Shown here: piece after piece, positions 1 to 9,496 of the stretch
Layout of the letters: each line of letters starts with the position of its first letter
How positions within the stretch are numbered: position 1 is the stretch's first letter
From: an uncultured Vampirovibrio sp.
GTDB taxonomy: Bacteria; Cyanobacteriota; Vampirovibrionia; Gastranaerophilales; Gastranaerophilaceae
Assembly: GCA_964431115.1 (NCBI GenBank)
Contig: CAYSIO010000001.1
Span: forward strand, 1 to 38,502
Reading direction: 5' to 3'
DNA: 38,502 nucleotides
Made by a program: the position numbers and the translations under genes
Notes under the pieces: model-generated
What the model was told of the DNA's origin: nothing
Database searches by the model: none
The model's input: only the letters and a program-made list of their open reading frames with translations

Positions 1-129
1 TTTTCGGCAAAATCTTCCCCGCCCTCAAGGGGTGGGGATTTGTTTTCTAACCGTCTTACCAGCCCGTATTTACCCCTACAAGCTTAAATAGTAATCTTTT
101 TACATTCGCCTTACAAAATTATTTTGCAT

Positions 130-960
130 CTATAAACTTGAATAGTAGTCCTTTAGCAACTTTGCATCGTCTTCGATATTAGGACTTTCACAAACAACTG
201 CGCCTTTTACGCCAAAGTCTTTAAACGCTTTCAGCAAATCTTTGTAGTTAAAATCAGATTCTTCAAGGTTCAAATGTTTCTTTTCACCTTTTGCTGTATA
301 TTCTATACCTGCAATATGAGCATGGAAATTATCTAAAGCAACCTGCCCAAGCTCGTTTCCAATCTGTTCAAAAATAGAAGCAAACTCGTCATAAGTATTC
401 CAAAAGCCGTTATAGCGAGCATGGATATGCGAAAAATCTACACAAGGAAGCACCGTATCAAACTCTTTAGAAAGTCTGATAATTTCACTTAAATCACCCC
501 ATTGAGTAGCTTTTCCCGTCGTTTCAGGACGAATCCAAATCTTATTGTCGACCCTATTTAAAGAATCCGTAATAATTTTTATCTGATCTCTGATTTTTTC
601 ATAGACCATCTCTGCATCCTGATTCAAATAAAAACCTGCGTGAAAAGTTATACTATATCCGCCAAGCTCGTTTGCAACCATTGCAGTCTCTATAATTCTC
701 TGCGCACTTGCTTCAACTTTCTCTTCTTCGCGAGCGTTTAAATTCACATAGAAAGGCGCATGAGCAGTTATGATTTTCCCTGAATTTTTAACAGCATCAG
801 CAACTTGTTCTCTGCTTTTGTCAGAAATTCTAACCCCATGAACAAACTCCAATTCAAGCCCGTCTAAACCCATTTCATCGTGAATTTCAAACCCTCTACC
901 ATATCCCTTTGTGCCGGCTCTAAGCGGAACTCCCGCTGTTAAAAAATATAATCTGTCCAT
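130..960 (-). CDS. nfo: Endonuclease IV-like / AP endonuclease family 2 TIM-barrel protein
   Basis: Metal-ligand motifs HAPFYVNLN, FHAG, PETTGK, DFSHIHAR, HAHIAG, H, ES in the order seen in endonuclease IV; 276 aa. Confidence 0.8.
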   Translation of the reverse strand: MDRLYFLTAGVPLRAGTKGYGRGFEIHDEMGLDGLELEFVHGVRISDKSREQVADAVKNSGKIITAHAPFYVNLNAREEEKVEASAQRIIETAMVANELGGYSITFHAGFYLNQDAEMVYEKIRDQIKIITDSLNRVDNKIWIRPETTGKATQWGDLSEIIRLSKEFDTVLPCVDFSHIHARYNGFWNTYDEFASIFEQIGNELGQVALDNFHAHIAGIEYTAKGEKKHLNLEESDFNYKDLLKAFKDFGVKGAVVCESPNIEDDAKLLKDYYSSL

Positions 961-965
961 TATCC

Positions 966-1073
966 CTCATTGTTGTCGGCTTAGTAAAACCGACCTACTT
1001 ACTGATAAATGTTGGGTTATACCCAACCTACAATCTCATTGTTGTCGGCTTAGTAAAGCCGACCTACTTACTG
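966..1073 (-). repeat. Cluster of three GTAG-type REP-like palindromes (two 39-bp direct repeats flanking a third, different palindrome)
   Basis: 966-1004 and 1035-1073 differ at 1 of 39 positions. On the minus strand each reads GTAG-GTCGG(T/C)TT-TACT-AAGCCGAC. The middle unit reads GTAG-GTTGGGT-ATA-ACCCAAC. Confidence 0.8.
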
Positions 1074-1089
1074 CTACCCCTATTTACCC

Positions 1090-2031
1090 CTATTTAAACT
1101 CTTCACCGATTTTAGGGTTAACTATTCTTATGAAATCTTTGCTATCACCCATAAAGAAGCTTCCAAACTGTAATACTGTCGGAACAATCAAACCTTTAGC
1201 CGTTGCAATAAAGAACTTATCGTCTTCAATCTTTGCAACAGTCCCTGCCGGATGAGGGATACAAAATGCATCTGACGCAACTTCTGCTTTCATAATACGC
1301 ATCAAATTGCCTCTAAAAGTTGTATTTGCAATAATAAACGGATTAAGAGCTCTAATAAAGCGTTCAATCTCTTCAGCAGTTTGATTGTAGTTAATATAAG
1401 TATCTCTTTCGCTCAAACCTTTACCTGAAATAAAATCTCCGATAGGCTGCGGAATTCTTGGCAACTCTTGAGTCTCATAAGCTTGAAGAACTTGTAACAA
1501 CAACTCAATACCAAGAACGTTCAACTCATTAAAAATAGTTCCCATTGTTGCTTTTGAATGAATATAATAAGGCTTCTGCGCAATAATATCACCCGTATCA
1601 AAGCTTTCATCCATAAAATGAATAGTTACACCTGTCTCGGTTTCACCATTCATGATTACTCTTGAATAAGGGTTTCCGCCACGATATTTAGGAAGTAACG
1701 ATGGATGAACGTTTATAAAGCCGTCTTTTGTTGAATTCAAAAGAACTTTTGGAATTTTGTAGTTAAAAGAACAAACAACAGCTACATCCACATCCAATCT
1801 TTGGATAGTTTCAATTAGCTGAGGCTCGTCTAATTCATTGTAATCAATATAATTTAATCCACGTGAAAGAGTGAAATTTTTGAAATCAGAATACATGTTG
1901 TGATCTTTTTTAGGTCCAAGAACGCCAACAATGTTTACTCCTGCCATGAGCAAGCCATCGAGCCCGATATAAGCCATATCAGGAATTCCGACAAATAATA
2001 TTCTCTTTTTAAACGCGTTTCTGTTAAACAT
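1090..2031 (-). CDS. Methionyl-tRNA formyltransferase-like formyltransferase (divergent)
   Basis: INVHPSLLPKYRG, ETGVTIH and DTGDI motifs plus C-terminal IRALNP; lacks the canonical GTP.FA and VTQPD motifs of Fmt. Confidence 0.75.
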   Translation of the reverse strand: MFNRNAFKKRILFVGIPDMAYIGLDGLLMAGVNIVGVLGPKKDHNMYSDFKNFTLSRGLNYIDYNELDEPQLIETIQRLDVDVAVVCSFNYKIPKVLLNSTKDGFINVHPSLLPKYRGGNPYSRVIMNGETETGVTIHFMDESFDTGDIIAQKPYYIHSKATMGTIFNELNVLGIELLLQVLQAYETQELPRIPQPIGDFISGKGLSERDTYINYNQTAEEIERFIRALNPFIIANTTFRGNLMRIMKAEVASDAFCIPHPAGTVAKIEDDKFFIATAKGLIVPTVLQFGSFFMGDSKDFIRIVNPKIGEEFK

Positions 2032-2033
2032 AA

Positions 2034-2459
2034 CTATTTTAGTATACCTGAATTTTCTGAATTTAACAAATCTTTAACTAAATTCTCACATTCGTCAACC
2101 ATATTTGTACAATGAGCTTTTCTATTTGGACCGGAAAACTCCATACCTCGAGTAAGTACTCTACAACAAGTTGCACCATGTTTTTCCATAAATTTTTGTG
2201 CAAATTCTTTCGCTTTGGCTCGAGCAATTACTTCATTCCCTGCCTTATTTTCACGTCCGAATTGAGCGCCTAAAATCATTTGAGCACCTGCTACTGCACC
2301 ACAAAGACATCCTACACCCATTCCGCCTGAAAAAGATGTTGCTACCGGTAATAAATCCTCCGAAACAAGCCCTTCATCAATAGCCCATTTAATCATGCTT
2401 TCAGAACAAGAGTATCCGTTATTAAAATATTCAGCTGCTTTCATACTTTCACCTATCAT
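2034..2459 (-). CDS. C-GCAxxG-C-C family putative redox-active protein
   Basis: YSCSES, FSGGMG.GCLCGAVAG, ATCC and HC pattern; 141 aa. Confidence 0.85.
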   Translation of the reverse strand: MIGESMKAAEYFNNGYSCSESMIKWAIDEGLVSEDLLPVATSFSGGMGVGCLCGAVAGAQMILGAQFGRENKAGNEVIARAKAKEFAQKFMEKHGATCCRVLTRGMEFSGPNRKAHCTNMVDECENLVKDLLNSENSGILK

Positions 2460-2471
2460 TAAACCTTTTCT

Positions 2472-3899
2472 CTAAATATTGTATGCAATAAACCTACATA
2501 ATTCAATTAATTTTTCAGGATAAACGCCAATTAATACAGTCACAATTGTCGTAATCATTAACACAAATTTTTGTGAATAAACAGCTTCCAAAAGTTGTCC
2601 TTTATCAACGACTTCAAACATTGGTAAAATCAGTTTTAAATAATAATACAACGCTACCACAGTAAGCATTAAAAGAACAATCAAGAATGGTATAAAAATC
2701 AAACCTGAATGTGCAATTGCTGAGAATAAATAGATTTTAGCAATAAAACCTGAAGTTATCGGAAAACCAGCTAAACCAATAATTGCAATTGAATACGCAA
2801 GCGCAATTCCCTTGTTTTTATTAAACAAACCTTTGAAATCTTCGATTTGCATACCAATACCATTGTTTTCGGTTATATTCAAAAACGCAAAAGCTCCAAT
2901 ATTCATTAGGACATAGCAAATCAAATAAAATATTACAGTTGACAAGTTATATACAGAGACCAAAGATGCCGCAAGCATTACATAAGCCGCGTTAGCCGCT
3001 GATGAGCACGCTAAAATAACTTTTACATTCTTTTCACGAATCGCATAAGTATTCGCCCATAAAGCCGTCACAATCGCCAAGAAAGCTATCACAAAAGTAA
3101 GCTCAAAGCTTCCGCCTAAAGGAAATACCATTAGACGGCAGAGGATTCCAAATAATGCTAATTTAGGAATCGTTGATAAATATGCCAAAACCGAAGTTTC
3201 TGTACCTTTAAATACATCTACGACCCAATTCGCAAAGGGGTAAATGGATAGCTTAGAAAGCAGACCTAAAACTATCATTACAACTGAAAATGTATACAAT
3301 AACGAAGTCTCTTTTTCTGCAATTATTTCATAAATTTCAGTCAGATTTAAACTTGAAGTTAAACCATATAAATAAGAAACGCCGAATAGAAAAACTCCGG
3401 TAGAAACTGCATTTGTAATTAAATATTTAAATGAAGCCTCTTTTGAGAAATAACCTTTTGAAGAAGCTATTAAAAAGTACGTAGGAAAGCTTAAAAGTTC
3501 TAAAGAAATAAATAAAGTTATAAAATCATTAGCACTTACAATATTCATTGCTCCAAAAATCGCTGTTAATAATAGAGCTTGAAATACAAAAGCATTTTGC
3601 TTTATCGAATCTAAAAGGTTTCTTGTCAAAAGCACAACAAAGAAACCACATAAAAGAATTACGAAATGAAAAAGCTGTGTATAATTATCAGACATAACAG
3701 CACCACGAAGTCCAAAATATTGTGGCTCAACTTGAACGGTCGAAAGTAAGAGTATTGATATTGAAACCCCTGTTGCAGAAATTATTCTTGCCAAGCCCTG
3801 TTTTTCTTTTGAAACAAACATAGCCATTATAAGCTCAACTAATATAAATAAAGCCAAACAAGTTTGAGGAAGTAATATATTAAATAAATCGTTTATCAT
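2472..3899 (-). CDS. nuoN: Complex I antiporter-like subunit N
   Basis: Multi-pass membrane protein with SLELLS, KEASFKY, PK and GFIAKI motifs; last nuo gene in the operon. Confidence 0.9.
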   Translation of the reverse strand: MINDLFNILLPQTCLALFILVELIMAMFVSKEKQGLARIISATGVSISILLLSTVQVEPQYFGLRGAVMSDNYTQLFHFVILLCGFFVVLLTRNLLDSIKQNAFVFQALLLTAIFGAMNIVSANDFITLFISLELLSFPTYFLIASSKGYFSKEASFKYLITNAVSTGVFLFGVSYLYGLTSSLNLTEIYEIIAEKETSLLYTFSVVMIVLGLLSKLSIYPFANWVVDVFKGTETSVLAYLSTIPKLALFGILCRLMVFPLGGSFELTFVIAFLAIVTALWANTYAIREKNVKVILACSSAANAAYVMLAASLVSVYNLSTVIFYLICYVLMNIGAFAFLNITENNGIGMQIEDFKGLFNKNKGIALAYSIAIIGLAGFPITSGFIAKIYLFSAIAHSGLIFIPFLIVLLMLTVVALYYYLKLILPMFEVVDKGQLLEAVYSQKFVLMITTIVTVLIGVYPEKLIELCRFIAYNI

Positions 3900-5377
3900 T
3901 GTATCACTCCTAAAATTGCATTAGGGAATACGCCAAAAATAACAAGCGCAATAACTATTGATGCAAGCACAACAAACTCATGAACAGTAATATCATTAAT
4001 TCTATCAAAACATTCCAGTTGTTTTCCAAAGAAAGAATTATGTAAAAATTTCAACATGTAACAAGAACTTATTATTAAAAGCGGTAATGCAAAAACAGCA
4101 ATAGCTTTTATTACAAGACTTAAATCAGAAAACAGGGCGCTCATTATAGTTAAGACTTCGCTTATAAATGGTGCGAACACAGGAATTCCGATTGATGCTA
4201 AAACGATTAAGGTTGCAAAGCCCAACAATCTTGGCATATTAACTGCAATACCACCAAGATACTCCAGATTTCTTGTTTTACATCTCAAATACACAATTCC
4301 GCAAATCATAAATAAACCGCAAGTTACAAGCGCATGAGCTACCATATGGAAAACTGATGCTGATAACCCCATTTGGTTAAAAGCACAAAGACCTAAAAGA
4401 ATTAAGCCCATATTAGAAATACTTGAATACGCTACAATTCTTTTTATATCTTTTTGTGCATAAGCTACAAATGCAGTATAAATAATATTTACGAAAGCTA
4501 ATATTGCTAAGATTGGAGCTATTGAGGCAAAATTATCTTCCAACATTCCATAATTAAAACGATAAATACCATAAGCTCCTGTTTTTAATAAAATACCCGC
4601 AAGAATCATACTAACAGGAGTCGGAGCATTAGTATGCGCATCCGGCAGCCAAGTATGCAAAGGAATGATAGGAAGCTTAACTCCAAAGCCAATCAAGAAA
4701 CATACAGCAATAAACATTTGGATACTTTGCGGAATTGATGTTGCAAAAATATCCGCAAACGATGCTGATAATGTTCCGGAAGCTGTATAGTTATAATAAT
4801 GTAATAATAAAATTCCAAGAAGTAAAAACATACTTCCTAAGAAAGTGAATAACACAAATTTTATGGCAGATTTTTTAGCGTCTTCATTCTGTGGACTTGT
4901 AAAATCACCCCCAATTAAGAAATATGCAGGGATTAATTCTAATTCCCAGAACATAAAGAACACGAACATGTCATTAGCAGTGAAAATGCCTAATATTGCA
5001 GACATTAATAACAATAACATTGAATAATAGAACTTGTGATTTTTTCTTATATTCATTTTGCTGCTAACAGAAGCCAGCAAAAATACGAACGAAGTTAAGA
5101 CAGTAAGAATTAGGCTGATTGCATCAACTCTGAACTCAAATTTTACACCCAAAGATTGTATCCAATCCAGACCAAAGAAATGTATTTGACTTGTGTATGG
5201 GTTCGCCGGAGAGAACAGAATTAATGCCAAAATTGCATATAAAAAATGTAGCCCGCAAAAACCTTTAGTAAAGCGTCTTATTGCAATTTCATTATTCGTA
5301 AATAATGGCGACATAACCAAAAACGACATCAACATCGGTAAAAATATTAAAATAGGTATCGAAATTAATCTGTCCAT
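3896..5377 (-). CDS. nuoM: Complex I antiporter-like subunit M
   Basis: FWELEL, VKLPIIPLHTWLPDAH, LLKTGAYG, DIKRIVAYSS and FISEV motifs. Confidence 0.93.
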   Translation of the reverse strand: MDRLISIPILIFLPMLMSFLVMSPLFTNNEIAIRRFTKGFCGLHFLYAILALILFSPANPYTSQIHFFGLDWIQSLGVKFEFRVDAISLILTVLTSFVFLLASVSSKMNIRKNHKFYYSMLLLLMSAILGIFTANDMFVFFMFWELELIPAYFLIGGDFTSPQNEDAKKSAIKFVLFTFLGSMFLLLGILLLHYYNYTASGTLSASFADIFATSIPQSIQMFIAVCFLIGFGVKLPIIPLHTWLPDAHTNAPTPVSMILAGILLKTGAYGIYRFNYGMLEDNFASIAPILAILAFVNIIYTAFVAYAQKDIKRIVAYSSISNMGLILLGLCAFNQMGLSASVFHMVAHALVTCGLFMICGIVYLRCKTRNLEYLGGIAVNMPRLLGFATLIVLASIGIPVFAPFISEVLTIMSALFSDLSLVIKAIAVFALPLLIISSCYMLKFLHNSFFGKQLECFDRINDITVHEFVVLASIVIALVIFGVFPNAILGVIQ

Positions 5378-7237
5378 TTATCCTCCAAAATATATTAACA
5401 TCGCTGTATAAGCAAAAATCAAACTTGTAATTACTACCGTAATTATTATAAATGCATAAATATTATAATTCTGAATATTACCGTTTTGCGCCCTCAAATC
5501 AAGCATAGAAAGCTTTTTAAACCCTAAAGTAAGGACTTTTACAAAACCATTCATTATATTATTTTCTACAAACTCTGAAAGTTTAACACTTGATTTAGCA
5601 CCGAATATTATAAGTTTATAATTTGCAAATATTTTTGTATCTACAAAATTACATATATTCGCAAAACCTGAATAAATCTTTTCACAGAAGAACGTATAAA
5701 TTTTATCCAAAAAGAACCCATTATGAGTTATAGAATACAAAATCGGAACTTTCCAAAAAGCTTTTTTAACATAAAGAATATAAACACAGATCCAAGCCGT
5801 AAGCGCCACCCAGAATGGTTCTGCAATTGTATATTGAGCTGTTTTATGAAGATAAATATAAAATAATACATTCAAAACTAACAAACCAATAATCGCAAAA
5901 TTTTCAACAATAGGATTTTTGTCTTTTTGCAATCCTGCTGAATCATAAACAACAAGAGCAATCCTTATAATATAAAACGCCGTTAAGAATGAAATTATTG
6001 AAAATATTACTGTAGCTACTGTTCCTAAATCTGAAGCAATTAATTCTTTTGCAATCATGCCGGATAATAACAATCCTGATAGCGAAAGTCCGCCAAGAAG
6101 AAACGCTACAAATTTTATATAATTCCATTTTTCATTCTCTTTAGGAAGTGTAATAAATAAAAGAGATTTTATAAACGCATGTGCTACAAATAATGCTAAA
6201 GCAGCCTTGATATTCAAAAGACCTATAGCAAAATACATTAACCCAAATTGAGCTGACGTTGAATAAGCCAAAGTTTTCTTAGGATGTGTTTGTGCACAAG
6301 CAGAAAGTGAGCAAATTAAGGCAGTTAATAATCCGATTACTGCTAAAATTTTTAACATAATTGGCTCTAATGTGTAGAACGGCAACATTCTTAAGGTTAA
6401 GAATACGCCTGCCGCAACAAGAGTTGCAGAGTGTAATAATGCGCTTACAGGAAGTTTTGCTTCCATCGCATCTTGCAACCAAGTATAAAAAGGAAATTGC
6501 GCAGATTTGACCAACGCTCCGATAATAAACATAGCGCATATTATTTCAAAAAGAGGGTTTGAAGCATATGCATAAACCAATGTAGAGATTGCATTCATAT
6601 CTACAAAAGCAAGAGTTGCAAAACCCTTGTTAGGTGCATAAGAATACATAAAATATGAACAAGAAATAATTGCGCCCAATAAAGCCGTGTCACCAATTCT
6701 GTTCATCAAAAAAACTTTTTTAGAAGCAATTGATTTCTCTTTTTTAAAGTATTCAAAAGCTATTAATAAATATGATACAACGCCTACTATCTCCCAGAAG
6801 AAATATGTTTGGAAAAGATTTGGGCTAAAAAACAAACCTGCCATTGAAAAATTAAATAAATTCATCAAGGCATAGAAGCGGTAAGTCTTTTTCTCTTTTT
6901 GCATATAAGAAGTAGAAAAGAGTTGAACAAAAAAACTTATTCCAAAAAGAATCAATGCCATTATAAGTGATGTTCTATCTACATGAATTCCGCAATCAAT
7001 AATAAAATCATTTATTTTAATAAAATGGAATCCTGCATCTAAAATTCTATCAGCAGGAAGCTTCCACAAAGCACCTGCACATAATAAAAATCCAAAAGCA
7101 GAAGAAAATAGCGTCAAAACATAAATAATTAATTTATTTACATAGACAGAGAAAAATCTTCCAACCATTATTATCAGAAATATCCAAAGCGGAAGTAGAA
7201 GAGTTAAATAGATATTATTTAAGAAAATCTCTGCCAA
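5378..7237 (-). CDS. nuoL: Complex I antiporter-like subunit L
   Basis: FWEIVG, NRIGD, KSAQFP..WL.DAME, SALLHSATLV and QNGNIQNY motifs; TTG start. Confidence 0.92.
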   Translation of the reverse strand: MAEIFLNNIYLTLLLPLWIFLIIMVGRFFSVYVNKLIIYVLTLFSSAFGFLLCAGALWKLPADRILDAGFHFIKINDFIIDCGIHVDRTSLIMALILFGISFFVQLFSTSYMQKEKKTYRFYALMNLFNFSMAGLFFSPNLFQTYFFWEIVGVVSYLLIAFEYFKKEKSIASKKVFLMNRIGDTALLGAIISCSYFMYSYAPNKGFATLAFVDMNAISTLVYAYASNPLFEIICAMFIIGALVKSAQFPFYTWLQDAMEAKLPVSALLHSATLVAAGVFLTLRMLPFYTLEPIMLKILAVIGLLTALICSLSACAQTHPKKTLAYSTSAQFGLMYFAIGLLNIKAALALFVAHAFIKSLLFITLPKENEKWNYIKFVAFLLGGLSLSGLLLSGMIAKELIASDLGTVATVIFSIISFLTAFYIIRIALVVYDSAGLQKDKNPIVENFAIIGLLVLNVLFYIYLHKTAQYTIAEPFWVALTAWICVYILYVKKAFWKVPILYSITHNGFFLDKIYTFFCEKIYSGFANICNFVDTKIFANYKLIIFGAKSSVKLSEFVENNIMNGFVKVLTLGFKKLSMLDLRAQNGNIQNYNIYAFIIITVVITSLIFAYTAMLIYFGG

Positions 7238-7239
7238 AG

Positions 7240-7548
7240 TTATAAATCTCCATATTTATCAATATTTTCTGACTCTTTTTTACCGTACATCAGATAAAAA
7301 ATATACAGCGCAACAGCCAACTCAACCGCACCTATTGCGACATAAAAAAGCGTCATTATATAGCCGTCTAAACTTGCGTTATCACAAAATGTTGCAAAAG
7401 TCATAAAATTAATATTCACACCTGTTAAAATAAACTCAATCGAAATCAAAACTTTAATAATATGTTTTGATAACATTGAACCCAACAGACCTATTACAAA
7501 AAGGATTAATCCAAGGAATAGATAATGATACATCGTAATTTCGTGCAT
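7240..7548 (-). CDS. nuoK: Complex I subunit K
   Basis: 102 aa, three TM helices, conserved Glu in ISIEF and AVELAV. Confidence 0.9.
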   Translation of the reverse strand: MHEITMYHYLFLGLILFVIGLLGSMLSKHIIKVLISIEFILTGVNINFMTFATFCDNASLDGYIMTLFYVAIGAVELAVALYIFYLMYGKKESENIDKYGDL

Positions 7549-8087
7549 TATTTATCCTCCCTTCTTTTATCAAGTAAAGTTAAGCCAACTACGGTAATCG
7601 TAAGTATTAATGAAACTAATTCAAACGCCCATACATATTTGATAAAAATTCCATGCCCAAAAGCATTTAATACTTGAACAGAGCTATTTCCAACAACTTC
7701 TGTAACATCAAATCCCATCGGAGAAACCAAAAGTGAGGTTAAAATGAGATAAAAAACAGCAAGTACAAAAACGCCACCAAATAAAATAGCAAAGAATTTT
7801 ATACCCGAAATTTTTCCCACTGATTCTGAATCTTTCTTCAAATCTGTAAACATTATCGCAAGTCCTAAAATTATCGGAACTGCAACTCCGTATATGGCAA
7901 TTTGAACAACAGCATTATATTCTGAGCCTAAAACATAGAATAATAGACCTACAATAAAAAACAACATAATTGCAGAAATTAACGAGTAAAAAATGTTTTT
8001 AAACTTCAATGTTAATAGCGCAAAAACTATCATTAAAATTGCAGCAGGATAAAAAATTAATGGATTAAAGATTCCGTTCATTTTCAC
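7548..8087 (-). CDS. nuoJ: Complex I subunit J
   Basis: Hydrophobic protein with QIAIY and FELVSLIL motifs, between nuoI and nuoK; ATG at 8081 is an alternative start. Confidence 0.88.
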   Translation of the reverse strand: MKMNGIFNPLIFYPAAILMIVFALLTLKFKNIFYSLISAIMLFFIVGLLFYVLGSEYNAVVQIAIYGVAVPIILGLAIMFTDLKKDSESVGKISGIKFFAILFGGVFVLAVFYLILTSLLVSPMGFDVTEVVGNSSVQVLNAFGHGIFIKYVWAFELVSLILTITVVGLTLLDKRREDK

Positions 8088-8439
8088 CCCCTATTTTATA
8101 GACCACTTCAAGATCGTTACGGTTATGAGTTGCTAACTCATAATTATCACTCATATTTATCGCACATTTTCCACAATAAAAAGCACAATTACCGCAGAAA
8201 ATACAGCGTTTCAAATCAATTTTAAAATCATTTTCTTCTATTTTTATAGCTTTTGTAGGACAAACTTTTATACAAGTTCCACATCTTATACAACCCTCTA
8301 CGACAGGCAGACCTCTAAACTTTTCCCCGACTTTTCTTTTTTTCTCAGGGTATTCTAACGTTACAGGACGTTTAAACAAATGTTTAAAAACAACAAACAA
8401 GCTTAGAAGAGTATATTTTATATTCTTAAACATATACAC
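8065..8439 (-). CDS. nuoI: Complex I subunit I (2x[4Fe-4S])
   Basis: VTLEYPE, FRG, CIRCGTCIKVCP and CIFCGNCAFYC motifs. Confidence 0.92.
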   Translation of the reverse strand: MYMFKNIKYTLLSLFVVFKHLFKRPVTLEYPEKKRKVGEKFRGLPVVEGCIRCGTCIKVCPTKAIKIEENDFKIDLKRCIFCGNCAFYCGKCAINMSDNYELATHNRNDLEVVYKIGGENERNL

Positions 8440-9496
8440 CTCCCAAGTATTTTATTATTATCATCAAAAACAAGTTCAAAATCGAAACCGGTAAAAGCAC
8501 TGCCCAAGAGAATTTTAGCAAATCAAACGAAGCCATTCTTGGTAAAGTTGCTCTTATCCAAATCATAATAAAAATTATAAAGAACGATTTTATAAATAAC
8601 CAAATTGCCTGTTCAAAATAAACCCAGAATCCTGATGAAATATAATGACCTAATGGTGATAAATATCCACCTAAAAATAGAATCGAAATCAATAGTGAAT
8701 TAGCAAAAAGCATTCCGTATTCACTCAAATAAAATAAAGCAAATCTCATGCCGGAATATTCTGTATTATATCCGGCAATTAGTTCACTTTCCGCTTCAGG
8801 TAAATCAAACGGACAACGATTCAATTCAGCTAAAGTACAAATTAACATTATAACCAGCCCAATAAAACACGGAATTCCAAACCAACCAAGTGCACCATAT
8901 TTACTACTTTGCGCTAATGTTATTTGAGTAAGATTCATAGAAGATGCCAATACCATTACAGATAAAACAGTAAACGCAATTGGTAACTCATATGCTAAAA
9001 TCTGAGCCACATTTCTCATAGCACCCATTAGCGAATATTTATTATTACTTGCCCAGCCAGCCAGTAATATACACAATACCGGCATTGTTGCTACAATGAC
9101 ATATATCAAAAGATTTGTCTGAAAATTCATAAATGTAAATTCTGAACTAAAAGGAATCAATCCCAGAGCTATCATTACAGGCAGAAACATTAACAATGGT
9201 GCTAGGTTAAAAAGAAATCTGTCAGCACCACTTGGTGTAATATTTTCCTTGCACAAGAGCTTAAACGCATCTGCAACTGTCTGCAAAACTCCCCAAAATC
9301 CTACACGGTTCGGGCCTTTTCTTTGCGTAAACCAACCCAATAATTTTCTCTCGAACAAAACTAACGCTAATATCACAATCAATAACGCCACAAAAATTAT
9401 TAAACAAGGTATCACGTAAAAAGTTATATCCCCAAATATTTGCGGAATATTATGATGTTTTAGAAACTCGATATATAAGAAATAAAGATAATTCAT
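8426..9496 (-). CDS. nuoH: Complex I subunit H
   Basis: ERK...QRKGPNRVG, ADAFKL, SNNKYS, PFDLPEAESEL, EYSG and RATLPR motifs. Confidence 0.95.
   Translation of the reverse strand: MNYLYFLYIEFLKHHNIPQIFGDITFYVIPCLIIFVALLIVILALVLFERKLLGWFTQRKGPNRVGFWGVLQTVADAFKLLCKENITPSGADRFLFNLAPLLMFLPVMIALGLIPFSSEFTFMNFQTNLLIYVIVATMPVLCILLAGWASNNKYSLMGAMRNVAQILAYELPIAFTVLSVMVLASSMNLTQITLAQSSKYGALGWFGIPCFIGLVIMLICTLAELNRCPFDLPEAESELIAGYNTEYSGMRFALFYLSEYGMLFANSLLISILFLGGYLSPLGHYISSGFWVYFEQAIWLFIKSFFIIFIMIWIRATLPRMASFDLLKFSWAVLLPVSILNLFLMIIIKYLGGVYV

Noticed and set aside
9..41. GC-rich hairpin at the window edge
   Set aside because: Could be a terminator or a relative of the GC-rich repeat family, but context is missing at the edge.
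966..1073. Mini CRISPR array (39-bp repeat, 30-bp spacer, repeat)
   Set aside because: Only two repeats, no cas genes, and the 'spacer' is itself a GTAG palindrome; REP-like elements explain it better.
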